DNA from: an uncultured Nitrososphaerota archaeon
GTDB lineage: Archaea > Korarchaeota > Korarchaeia > Korarchaeales > Korarchaeaceae
Assembly (NCBI GenBank): GCA_964480775.1
Contig: CAYZRF010000023.1
Coordinates: 3,450-26,431, forward strand
Direction: 5' to 3'
Length of the DNA: 22,982 bases
Part shown: positions 8,801 to 15,693 of the stretch, piece by piece
Layout: each line of letters begins with the position of its first letter
Numbering within the stretch: position 1 is the stretch's first letter
Notes under the pieces: model-generated
The model's input: only the letters and a program-made list of their open reading frames with translations
What the model was told of the DNA's origin: nothing
Databases searched by the model: none
Translations under genes and position numbers: made by a program

Positions 8801-8969
8801 TTGCCAGATAGCTGCAAGAAGGGTTGTTTCAGAAGCCGCAGGTCCTGAGGCCAAGAGAAGGGCCAGCATCTGCTTTGCTATACAAAAAAGCTTTACAAAC
8901 CCTTACTTTGACGCGTTTTTGAGAGAAAAGATAGTAACTAACATATTAAGGGTATTCCATAAGGAATAG
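5862..8969 (+). CDS. HerA/FtsK-superfamily (DUF87-like) P-loop ATPase of 1035 aa, with a unique N-terminal domain of about 380 aa and a Cys-rich C-terminal domain of about 280 aa
   Basis: Walker A is LIVGITGSGKTNT (GITGSGKT at 7044-7067). Walker B is ITVIEEAHRLL (VIEEAH at 7746-7763). The HerA-like segments VIEPAKTEYRKL, FRLNPFEIL and SEIRAYGEGFLILEQIPSKL (7851-7880 onward) are present. AGGGG lies upstream of the ATG, and the gene starts 14 nt after the membrane-protein gene, so the two look like an operon. Confidence 0.9.
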   Translation: MAFSTRHIDYIERNYLDSLNGRVEEPGLFETLKTEDLRFLKVIGITRHWEDIEGRIRAARSLMEDILAGLSGERIPLIFLIVGEPTRINLYVGTYKKKSGTAEVKGHLTAEDNLQTLIAALESGYPGIETKVIESAKVRESLKEFKYAGLLTGTPTIKIEAEKRDVEQMERMIRGLYRSHWAYLIIAIPVEQREIVRLYNTALNELRLIVEAETVQRTRADLGNPIARMYMELLEAYMEKLIAGKTQGMWNVAVYFMSVDPKVFSRAKAIIGSVFSGKESIPDPIRILDCHRFIEEVKQFGVITTPGPPPPGQIEHKYKYLSLLSSSELSTFVYLPLQEMPGYFVRDYARFDVASKIIDDDDAVEIGEVIDQGRRMGTQYQVRIKDLNKHGLIVGITGSGKTNTCFHIIRQLWKKGIPFLVIEPAKTEYRKLLQSEELKDDLQVFTLGDDATSPFRLNPFEILPGVPVQMHIDLLKSVFNASFVMYAPMPYVLEQCIHEIYEDKGWNLVTNDNERGRHQNAHPTLTDLYRKIDEFVDRLGYEQKVTMDVKAALKTRINNLRVGSKGLMLDTRKSIPIEEILKKPTIIELEKIGDDDEKAFVMGLLLMFIYEHYLAQGVREGGSLKHITVIEEAHRLLKNVSTENFAEASNIRGKAVETFCNVLSEIRAYGEGFLILEQIPSKLAPDAIKNTSLKIVHRVVSRDDRYLVGGSMNLDKEEERKIASLRVGEAAVHSAGDDRALLVKVPYVKIPSELMKKEEEDQKLKKAMKAFHQRFREVFLPFKACSAYCNDVCRFHKLAQRVVEDPKFEEVFSMYVLSGVINWKAIFVGYPLIQQSIEERKKGLDLDVGFTKCVIIQAADRYFEKRGQQYGWKYEDVEEMKDSFIKILQTIASAYPQSDIEEGERETIAKEIKTLQKKYKELSRRQYDPFFGCEETCTDGLCLYRYGVEPLLYDENLSRQFSGTISRFKGNEMWERLGRVCQIAARRVVSEAAGPEAKRRASICFAIQKSFTNPYFDAFLREKIVTNILRVFHKE

Positions 8970-9023
8970 TTATGGCATTAGCCTCACATAGGCTTTAGAA
9001 ATCCTCACAACTTCCCTGAGATA

Positions 9024-9049
9024 TTTCGTGAAATTGCTCTTTCACGAAA
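9024..9049. terminator. Perfect 10-bp inverted repeat (TTTCGTGAAA-ttgctc-TTTCACGAAA) between convergent genes
   Basis: Read directly from the sequence. It lies between the stop of the ATPase gene (8969) and the stop of the GNAT gene (9104). Its role as a terminator or protein-binding site is inferred. Confidence 0.35.
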
Positions 9050-9103
9050 CATCGAGAATCATGGTCAGGGCGTTTGCCTAAACTATAGATGATTTTCGAT
9101 TTA

Positions 9104-9562
9104 TCACAATATCTTGACATAGATTGCGCAGGGATTTCCAGGCTCCCATTCAGGATAAGGTTCTATCGTTTCCAAGCGTATAAAGCCCTTTTTCCTGTAA
9201 AATCTCCTAGTGATCTCGTATGGAGGGTATTCCACGTCTTCGGATAGGGTCTTAACCATCAACAGCTTGACACCTTCAGATCTAAGGTCATCGACAACAT
9301 GGTCAATTAGTGCAGAGCCAATTCCTTGATGCTGGTATCCTGGCTTAACCGCTATCCACGATATCTCAGCGACTTGTTGACTCTTGCGAAGAATCGTCAT
9401 GAAGCCCACCACCGTACCTAAATCAACAGCAACGTATAACAAGTGCTTTTTCAAGTCCTCAGTAATCATCTCAATGCCTCTTTCGTTGAAATATTGCGGA
9501 AGACTCTTGGCAATCGAAAGACAAGCGTCGATGTGTTTTTCATCTCCTCTCATTATTTCCAT
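9104..9562 (-). CDS. GNAT-family N-acetyltransferase
   Basis: The acetyl-CoA binding motif A is IAVKPGYQHQGIGSALIDHVVDDLRSEG, and the C-terminal FYRKKGF is typical of GNATs. The ATG at 9562 was chosen. The ORF track begins at a TTG at 9577, and an ATG at 9553 is also possible. Confidence 0.85.
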   Translation of the reverse strand: MEIMRGDEKHIDACLSIAKSLPQYFNERGIEMITEDLKKHLLYVAVDLGTVVGFMTILRKSQQVAEISWIAVKPGYQHQGIGSALIDHVVDDLRSEGVKLLMVKTLSEDVEYPPYEITRRFYRKKGFIRLETIEPYPEWEPGNPCAIYVKIL

Positions 9563-9755
9563 CGCTCCACAGCTCAATTAGAATTTTCATTAGCGGTTAT
9601 TAAATGTACTTTTGCTTGCTTAGCCTCTCTGGATTATTGAGCTGTTTTCCTTCCTCCATGAAGGGAAGAGGGAGCCCCATAAAATAACTCCTCATTGAGC
9701 TAATTTGATGTGAATCTCTAGAAAAAATTAAATTCGCTACGAGAATTAACCTGCG

Positions 9756-10808
9756 ATGAAATTCCATAAAGGACTTCTTTTGCTAGGGATCTTACTGATA
9801 GGGCTGGGAACCTCGCTTTACTATAGAGAGATCAGTTCGACTCGTGGCGGAACGAGCGAAACTTACGTAATGCCATGGGAAGAGCCCCCAGGTGAGCTCA
9901 TTACGAACAACATTACTTACTTGGTTGAGGCCTCTTTTCTCTTCAAGAACGACAGAGACGTGACTATGCCGGACGTAATAAAGGTTTATGCACCTCCCAA
10001 CACCTCACATCAGGGCGTCAAAATAATTTCTGTAGAGCCTGAGCCATTTCTTATCGATAAGGATGAAAACGGAAATCTTAGGATGAATATTGGAGTAAAT
10101 CTAAGTCCAAACTCAGAGATTTGGGTAAACGCAACGCTTGAAATAACAGTTCAAGAGTACAGAGCTAGCCTGAATGAGGATGCTTCGATGTGGCCCCCTC
10201 TAAATGTCTCTCTAAAGTACACAGAGCCCACCATAGTCTGGAATGTCGAAAACGAGACGCTTAGACAGTTAGCCCTGGAAATAGTTGGTAAGGAGAAAAC
10301 TCCCTTGAGCATGGCGAAGAAACTTGCTTACTGGATTGATGACAACTTAGAATACGTACCAAATCCAGAAAATCTAACAAGAGGAGCAAATTACTGTGTT
10401 CTCTTTAGAAATGGAAAGTATGTTTTGTACGGCGACTGTACTCAGGCCGCTGATGTTTACATAACCTTAGCTAGGTCCCTAGGCATTCCTGCAAGGGCAG
10501 TTTCTGGCCTAATATTGATGGACAAAGAAGAAGTTCAGTGGCTTAACAGGAGCCTCGATGAGGATTCTGACCAAATGGTGGAGCACTGGAGACCCCACAT
10601 ATGGCCCCAAGTGTACCTAGAACCTTGGGGATGGATAGACGTCGATATGCTAGTGGAACACTCGTGGGGAGTCTACTCTTGGAGGCACCTAATACTAGAG
10701 GTTGAAGGAGAGTTCGTCTTAGATGTGGAGTGGCTTAGAATGGCAGAGTCGATGGTCTTTGACCTAGAGTACATCGAGTATAAGGTAACTCCAATCTCTG
10801 AGGGGTGA
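9756..10808 (+). CDS. Membrane-anchored extracellular transglutaminase-like (Cys-His-Asp) protein
   Basis: There is an N-terminal TM or signal anchor (LLLLGILLIGLGTSL). The transglutaminase core is GDCTQAADVYITLARSLGIPARAVSG ... HIWPQVYLEPWGWIDVD. Eight N-x-S/T sequons suggest a glycosylated ectodomain. A TATA-like AAAATTAAAT lies about 28 nt upstream of the ATG. Confidence 0.85.
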   Translation: MKFHKGLLLLGILLIGLGTSLYYREISSTRGGTSETYVMPWEEPPGELITNNITYLVEASFLFKNDRDVTMPDVIKVYAPPNTSHQGVKIISVEPEPFLIDKDENGNLRMNIGVNLSPNSEIWVNATLEITVQEYRASLNEDASMWPPLNVSLKYTEPTIVWNVENETLRQLALEIVGKEKTPLSMAKKLAYWIDDNLEYVPNPENLTRGANYCVLFRNGKYVLYGDCTQAADVYITLARSLGIPARAVSGLILMDKEEVQWLNRSLDEDSDQMVEHWRPHIWPQVYLEPWGWIDVDMLVEHSWGVYSWRHLILEVEGEFVLDVEWLRMAESMVFDLEYIEYKVTPISEG

Positions 10809-10815
10809 GTTTAGG

Positions 10816-11937
10816 ATGAAGTCCAAGAACAAGTTAGCGAGAAAACCTTCTGTATTGCTCATTTCTGTTGTCTTACTATGTGTCCTATCCCACATGAGCA
10901 TATTAGATGTGAGTTCCCAAGGAGAAAGGCTTATAACAGCAATAAATTACAGGATAACCTTCAACAGCAACGGAACAGCTGTCGTTACCCTTTTGATGCA
11001 TCCATTTCTAGTCGGTAAAGCTGGATTTGAAAGTGCTTACGGCAACGCATCCGTCCTAATGGAGCTTATGGCAGATGAAGAGCAGATAGTTAGCAGAGAA
11101 CTACCCTATCTGTTTGTAAATGACCCAAGAAAACTGGACTACAAGATAGTTAGTCACATAAGGATGGTGGACGACGAAATCGTTCTTCTGTATCTGGAAG
11201 GAAAAAGGATGACGGAGTTCAAAGGAGCAATTGTTCTCGATGTTCTGGTGAATCTGGAAACCATCGATAAAATAGAGAGGTTGAATGGCAGGGTGTACAG
11301 GATAACCATCGCTGATCCGTACACGAGGATGGAAAGGGGATGGATGGATGTCATTGAATTCAGGATGGGAGAAGGCGTTGAACTCATATCCTACAGCTGG
11401 AACCCATCTGGAGCCAAGGGTCCAAAGGTGGTCGAAGAAGGAAGGTTAGTTTGGGAGAATTTCAACGAGCCAGAAGCCCCGAATGAGTATGTTCTGGAGC
11501 TGAAGATGCCGAACTTCAACTATGAGGTGGCTAAGGGCTATGATATAACAGCTCTCTCGAGCTTCTCAAATGGCGTAATAAAGGTTACCCTGAACAACAT
11601 TGGAAACGAAGGACTATTTCTCGTAAGAGCTACAGGAGATGGTATAGATCAAACAAGAGCTGTATACTTAAAGAAAGGAGAAAGCACAGAGATAAGCATC
11701 CCTGCTCCTGAGCCGCTAAAGGTGGAAGTATGGCACGGTTCAACTCTTCTGACAGAGGCAAAATGGGTCGAAGAAAGTGAGCAGGTAAGATCCTTCAAAC
11801 TCCCTAGCACAACAGTCTCAATAATCATGGTGATTGGCGTTATAATCATCATTCTCTCATTTGCGGTAGAGAAGGAACCAACAAAACCAGAAAAAACGGA
11901 AGATCTCGGAGAAGGATTCGAGTTAGTTGTTAAGTAA
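10816..11937 (+). CDS. Cell-surface protein with an N-terminal signal, a CARDB-like beta-sandwich segment and a C-terminal TM anchor
   Basis: The signal or anchor is SVLLISVVLLCVLS. The Ig-like pattern is VIKVTLNNIGNEGLFLVRATGDGIDQTRAVYLKKGESTEISIP. The C-terminal TM is VSIIMVIGVIIIILSFAV, followed by an acidic tail. The gene starts 7 nt after the transglutaminase-like gene and has a GGGGTGAG ribosome-binding site. Confidence 0.7.
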   Translation: MKSKNKLARKPSVLLISVVLLCVLSHMSILDVSSQGERLITAINYRITFNSNGTAVVTLLMHPFLVGKAGFESAYGNASVLMELMADEEQIVSRELPYLFVNDPRKLDYKIVSHIRMVDDEIVLLYLEGKRMTEFKGAIVLDVLVNLETIDKIERLNGRVYRITIADPYTRMERGWMDVIEFRMGEGVELISYSWNPSGAKGPKVVEEGRLVWENFNEPEAPNEYVLELKMPNFNYEVAKGYDITALSSFSNGVIKVTLNNIGNEGLFLVRATGDGIDQTRAVYLKKGESTEISIPAPEPLKVEVWHGSTLLTEAKWVEESEQVRSFKLPSTTVSIIMVIGVIIIILSFAVEKEPTKPEKTEDLGEGFELVVK

Positions 11938-12033
11938 TGATAAAGCCCGTGAAAATAAGAGATCAACCTTATAGAACTTGGCTAAGGGATAAAACCATTA
12001 ATATCTCCTTTATTGCGTTTTCGCTACGAATAC

Positions 12034-12237
12034 CTATCCCTCTAAGGGAAACATCTCTCCTGAAACAAATATAACTACGTTATCATACGATAAAGCCTCA
12101 AGAGTTTTGGGGTCCGGTTTCTTCTTAAAGGCTAAGACGATCTTTCCTTCCCTGCTTTCCCACGCTGCCACTATATTTGGATCTGATCCAAAAAGCTCCA
12201 AAGTTTTCTTTAAATCTATTTTTTTAACCTTAGCCAA
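12034..12237 (-). CDS. Small hypothetical protein (67 aa)
   Basis: The TTG start is preceded by GAGGAG with a spacer of about 6 nt. The composition is protein-like. I recognised no family. Confidence 0.5.
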   Translation of the reverse strand: MAKVKKIDLKKTLELFGSDPNIVAAWESREGKIVLAFKKKPDPKTLEALSYDNVVIFVSGEMFPLEG

Positions 12238-12430
12238 TTGTATCTCCTCTTCTCATCTTTTTTGATGTCTTAAGTTGTTTTTAAAGTTCTTATGTAAATA
12301 CCTATGTCTGATAAACAGAGGAATGCTTGTTTTCCGCCCTACTCATGGGGCCAATACCACTGCACTCTCTCTTTTTGACCTAATAGATTGCATTAAAAAT
12401 CTAAAGAAGACTTTTTATTGGTGGCTCATT

Positions 12431-13141
12431 TTGCCTAGCCCTTCAGCAAGGGGAAGAAGTAGCGAAAGAATAGCGAGAGGCATTTTAGAGAAATTAGGTT
12501 ACAAAATCCTAGAAACCAATAAGGCCATTATCTTAGGTAAATCAGAAGCGTTTGAAGTCGATATATTAGCTCAAGGGCCAGAAGGCGAAAAATACTGCGT
12601 AGAAGTTAAAGCCGGTAAGGCAGGAGTTTCCGATATTCGAAAGGTGTATGCTGATAGCGAGATCTTAGGCTACAAACCTCTCTTGGTTTGTAAAGGGTAT
12701 GCCGATGAAGCGGCAGGAGAAGTAGCTGAAAAACTTGGCGTTAAAGTGATTGAACTCAGCGAGTATCATCTCCTCCTGGATCCTGAAGAACTAGAGATTA
12801 TTGTAAGAAATGCCGTTCAAGAGGTTCTAACTGAATATGGCTTTTATCCACTTCCTGCCTGGGAAGAAATAAAGGAGAGAGATTGGGAAATAATAGAGGC
12901 TATAGCCAACTCAAAAAGCTTTGAAGAAGCTGCTCAGAGCCTTGGGATGAGCACAAAAGATCTGGGACATAAAATAGGTGCTCTTCGTGAGATTGGTGTC
13001 TTTCCAACAAAAGGACAAAGCTTTTCAAACCTCAAGAAACATGCTCAACAGCTAGTTCACCGATATTCCATTATAAGAAAGCTAGAAAGAATAGAAAAGA
13101 CACTAAACATAATTGAAAAATTCCTTTCAGAAAAGAAATAG
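12431..13141 (+). CDS. Hjc/YraN-like PD-(D/E)xK nuclease-fold domain fused to a C-terminal helix-turn-helix region
   Basis: The N-terminal domain reads GRSSERIARGILEKLGYKILE ... FEVDILAQ ... YCVEVKAGK, the D...E.K nuclease-fold signature. The C-terminal part reads SFEEAAQSLGMSTKDLGHKIGALREIG and is HTH-like. The start is uncertain. The TTG at 12431 has GGTGG 6 nt upstream, an ATG lies at 12323, and the ORF is open from a TTG at 12275. Confidence 0.65.
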   Translation: MPSPSARGRSSERIARGILEKLGYKILETNKAIILGKSEAFEVDILAQGPEGEKYCVEVKAGKAGVSDIRKVYADSEILGYKPLLVCKGYADEAAGEVAEKLGVKVIELSEYHLLLDPEELEIIVRNAVQEVLTEYGFYPLPAWEEIKERDWEIIEAIANSKSFEEAAQSLGMSTKDLGHKIGALREIGVFPTKGQSFSNLKKHAQQLVHRYSIIRKLERIEKTLNIIEKFLSEKK

Positions 13142-13170
13142 GGGAATGAGGCCAGTTAACATTCATTAGC

Positions 13171-13338
13171 TCATTTGACTGCTTTAATGTTACTCCACGG
13201 AATTACTAGAAACTTGCCTCCTACCTCTACCTTAATTGCATAATCGTTTTCACCGCGCAAGATCCCCTCGATCTTGTCGGTCCCATCTATCCTGTTTACA
13301 ACCTCAACTATTACTCTCTGACCTACAGCTAGCAACAT
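13171..13338 (-). CDS. Small beta-rich hypothetical protein (55 aa, possibly a Sm/KOW-like barrel)
   Basis: The ATG at 13338 is preceded by GGTGGGAG with a 5-nt spacer. The ORF track extends to an ATG at 13371. The alternating hydrophobic pattern is VGQRVIVEVVNRIDG..IEGIL..YAIKVEVGGKFLVIPWSNI. The fold assignment is a guess. Confidence 0.5.
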   Translation of the reverse strand: MLLAVGQRVIVEVVNRIDGTDKIEGILRGENDYAIKVEVGGKFLVIPWSNIKAVK

Positions 13339-13540
13339 CTTTACTCCCACCGTGGATAAGCTAACCCACATTAAAACTTTTAGACCATGTTTTCAACTGC
13401 CAAGACAATTATAAGAACCATCAAATTGCCTGAAAATGATTTTTCAAAGGTTAATCGTAAGATACTTCCAGTAAAATGATTTTCCATAGAATACCCTAGA
13501 ATTAGAACCAGTGTAGATCACGTAAGAGCGCTTTATTGAT

Positions 13541-14191
13541 CTAAAGATCAAGGATTATACGTAAATTTAAATCTTTTAAATCATTTACAACGAAATCCGC
13601 TCCTGAATAGCTTGAGACTGGGGCATTTGGGTTAATTACAGCTATGCATTTCATTCCAGCAGCTTTGGCAGAAGAGACTCCATGCACGCTATCTTCTATG
13701 ACAACGCATTCCTCTGGCTCTAAGTTTAACCTCTTAGAAGCAAGAAGATATGGTTCAGGGTCTGGTTTAAGATGTTTTACGTCCTCCTGGGCAATAATGA
13801 CGTCAAATGTTCCTTCTATACCAGCCTCTTTTAGAACCAATTCTATCACCTTTCTCTTCGAAGAAGAAACAAGCCCTAACTTTAGTCCGGAAGCTACAAG
13901 CTCCTCAATAAGTCTTTTTGCTCCAGGAAGAAGCTTTATATTGCCTCTTATTATCCTCAAGAACCTTTCTCTACTCTTCTCAGCTAGTGCAAAGGGATCT
14001 CCCTTCAGGTTCCTCTCTTTAAAGATTCCTTTAATCTTATCGACATAAATAAGCCCTGTGTACTTTCCTACCTCTTCATTGGTCAATCTTATCCCTGTTT
14101 CCTCAAAAAAGGTCTCAATTAAAGCCTGAGTGTAGAATCTCTCCGTGTTTACTAGCACCCCGTCCATGTCGAACAAGACAGCCTTTATCAT
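13541..14191 (-). CDS. HAD-superfamily hydrolase, subfamily IA (beta-phosphoglucomutase/phosphatase-like)
   Basis: Motif I is VLFDMDGVLVNTE, motif II is GLVSSS, motif III is K at HLKPDPEPY, and motif IV is VVIEDSVHGVSSAKAAG. The ATG at 14191 was chosen. The ORF track starts at a GTG at 14215. Confidence 0.9.
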   Translation of the reverse strand: MIKAVLFDMDGVLVNTERFYTQALIETFFEETGIRLTNEEVGKYTGLIYVDKIKGIFKERNLKGDPFALAEKSRERFLRIIRGNIKLLPGAKRLIEELVASGLKLGLVSSSKRKVIELVLKEAGIEGTFDVIIAQEDVKHLKPDPEPYLLASKRLNLEPEECVVIEDSVHGVSSAKAAGMKCIAVINPNAPVSSYSGADFVVNDLKDLNLRIILDL

Positions 14192-14293
14192 CAGAAAGAG
14201 ACCTCTTTCATACACTTAATGGTTTTACGTTACATGTATGGTGAAGAATAACGTTATATTTTCTACGTTTCATTCTTTCCGAAGTGTTAGGCC

Positions 14294-15586
14294 TTGAATG
14301 AAGAATTCAGCATCGCAGCTACTGGTGATTCCCTTATAAGTATGAGATTGTCTGTGTACGATGAAAAAAGGTTTCTTTCAATGATAGAACTCATTAGAGG
14401 CGCAGACCTGGCGTTCACAAACCTAGAGATATTGCTACACAATTTTGAAGGCTATCCAGCAGCGGAAAGTGGTGGAACTTATGGCAGAGCAGAACCTTAC
14501 ATGGCTGAAGAGCTAAAATGGGCTGGATTCGACATAGTCTCTCGCGCCAACAACCATTCAATGGACTACTCTGTCGGAGGTTTGGTCGCAACTACTAGAG
14601 CCTTGGACAAGGCTGGTTTGGTGCATGCAGGCGTTGGGATGAACTTGGCGGAAGCAAGAGAACCTGCCTACATAGAAACTAAAAAGGGAAGGGTGGCCCT
14701 GATATCAGCATCGTCGACCTTTGCTTCTTGGGGGAGGGCTGGAAAGGCTCGTAGAGACATGCAAGGTAGGCCTGGACTTAATCCTCTAAGGTACGACACA
14801 GAGATCATTGTTGATGAGGACACCTACGAAAGGCTCAAGAAGATGAAGAAGGAGTTGGGAATAGAAGAATACTTGGAAAAGAAGGAAAAGAACGCATTTA
14901 AGCTTTTTGGACGAAAGTTCATCAAAGGAAAGAAAATAGAGTTGAGGACGAAACCAAATAAGTCAGATTTTGAAGGAAATATTAGATCGATAAAGGACGC
15001 CAGAAGACAAGCTGATTGGGTCCTTTTTTCACTACATGCTCATGAAAAGAAGAAGAAAAGGGAGATTCCAGCTGACTTCATAGTTGAGTTCTCGAGGGCG
15101 GCCATAGATGCTGGAGCAGATTCTATAATAGGCCATGGCCCACATGTCTTAAGGGGAATTGAGATATACAAAGGCAGACCCATCTTCTATAGCCTAGGGA
15201 ACTTCATTTTCCAGAATCAAACCGTTAAGAGACAACCAGCGGACCTATATGAGAGATACGGCCTTGGGAACGAGGCCACTCCAGCGGACCTATACGATGC
15301 CAGGGAGAGGAAGAAGACCGGGGGGAAATTAAGGTGGTTCACTCACAAGCCAGAATATTGGGAGAGCGTCCTCGCGATCTTCACGTTTGAGGGTAAGAAA
15401 TTGCATGAGGTGAAGTTATATCCCCTCGACCTAGGATTCGGAAAGCCAAGATACCAGCAAGGTCGACCAAAGCTTGCAGACGAGAAGCTCTCCAGAAAAA
15501 TCCTCAAACGATTGCAAAAGCTTTCTGCTCCCTTCGGAACAACGATAGAGACCAAGAACAACGTTGGATATGTAAAAATAGAGTGA
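14294..15586 (+). CDS. CapA/PGA_cap-family metallophosphoesterase-like protein
   Basis: Diagnostic segments are AATGDSLI, FTNLE, RANNHSMDY, SLHAHE and GHGPHVLRGIEIYKGRPIFYSLGNFIF. The start is a TTG. The conserved ATGD motif lies right after it, so the ATG at codon 17 is unlikely to be the start. Confidence 0.85.
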   Translation: MNEEFSIAATGDSLISMRLSVYDEKRFLSMIELIRGADLAFTNLEILLHNFEGYPAAESGGTYGRAEPYMAEELKWAGFDIVSRANNHSMDYSVGGLVATTRALDKAGLVHAGVGMNLAEAREPAYIETKKGRVALISASSTFASWGRAGKARRDMQGRPGLNPLRYDTEIIVDEDTYERLKKMKKELGIEEYLEKKEKNAFKLFGRKFIKGKKIELRTKPNKSDFEGNIRSIKDARRQADWVLFSLHAHEKKKKREIPADFIVEFSRAAIDAGADSIIGHGPHVLRGIEIYKGRPIFYSLGNFIFQNQTVKRQPADLYERYGLGNEATPADLYDARERKKTGGKLRWFTHKPEYWESVLAIFTFEGKKLHEVKLYPLDLGFGKPRYQQGRPKLADEKLSRKILKRLQKLSAPFGTTIETKNNVGYVKIE

Positions 15587-15693
15587 GACGATAGTTCAGC
15601 ATGAATTACATTTTGCTGCTTTTACCTAGCATAAGTTCAGGCAATCGAATGAATCTCAATGATTTAGGCTCACAATTCCCCTGCTGCTATAAT

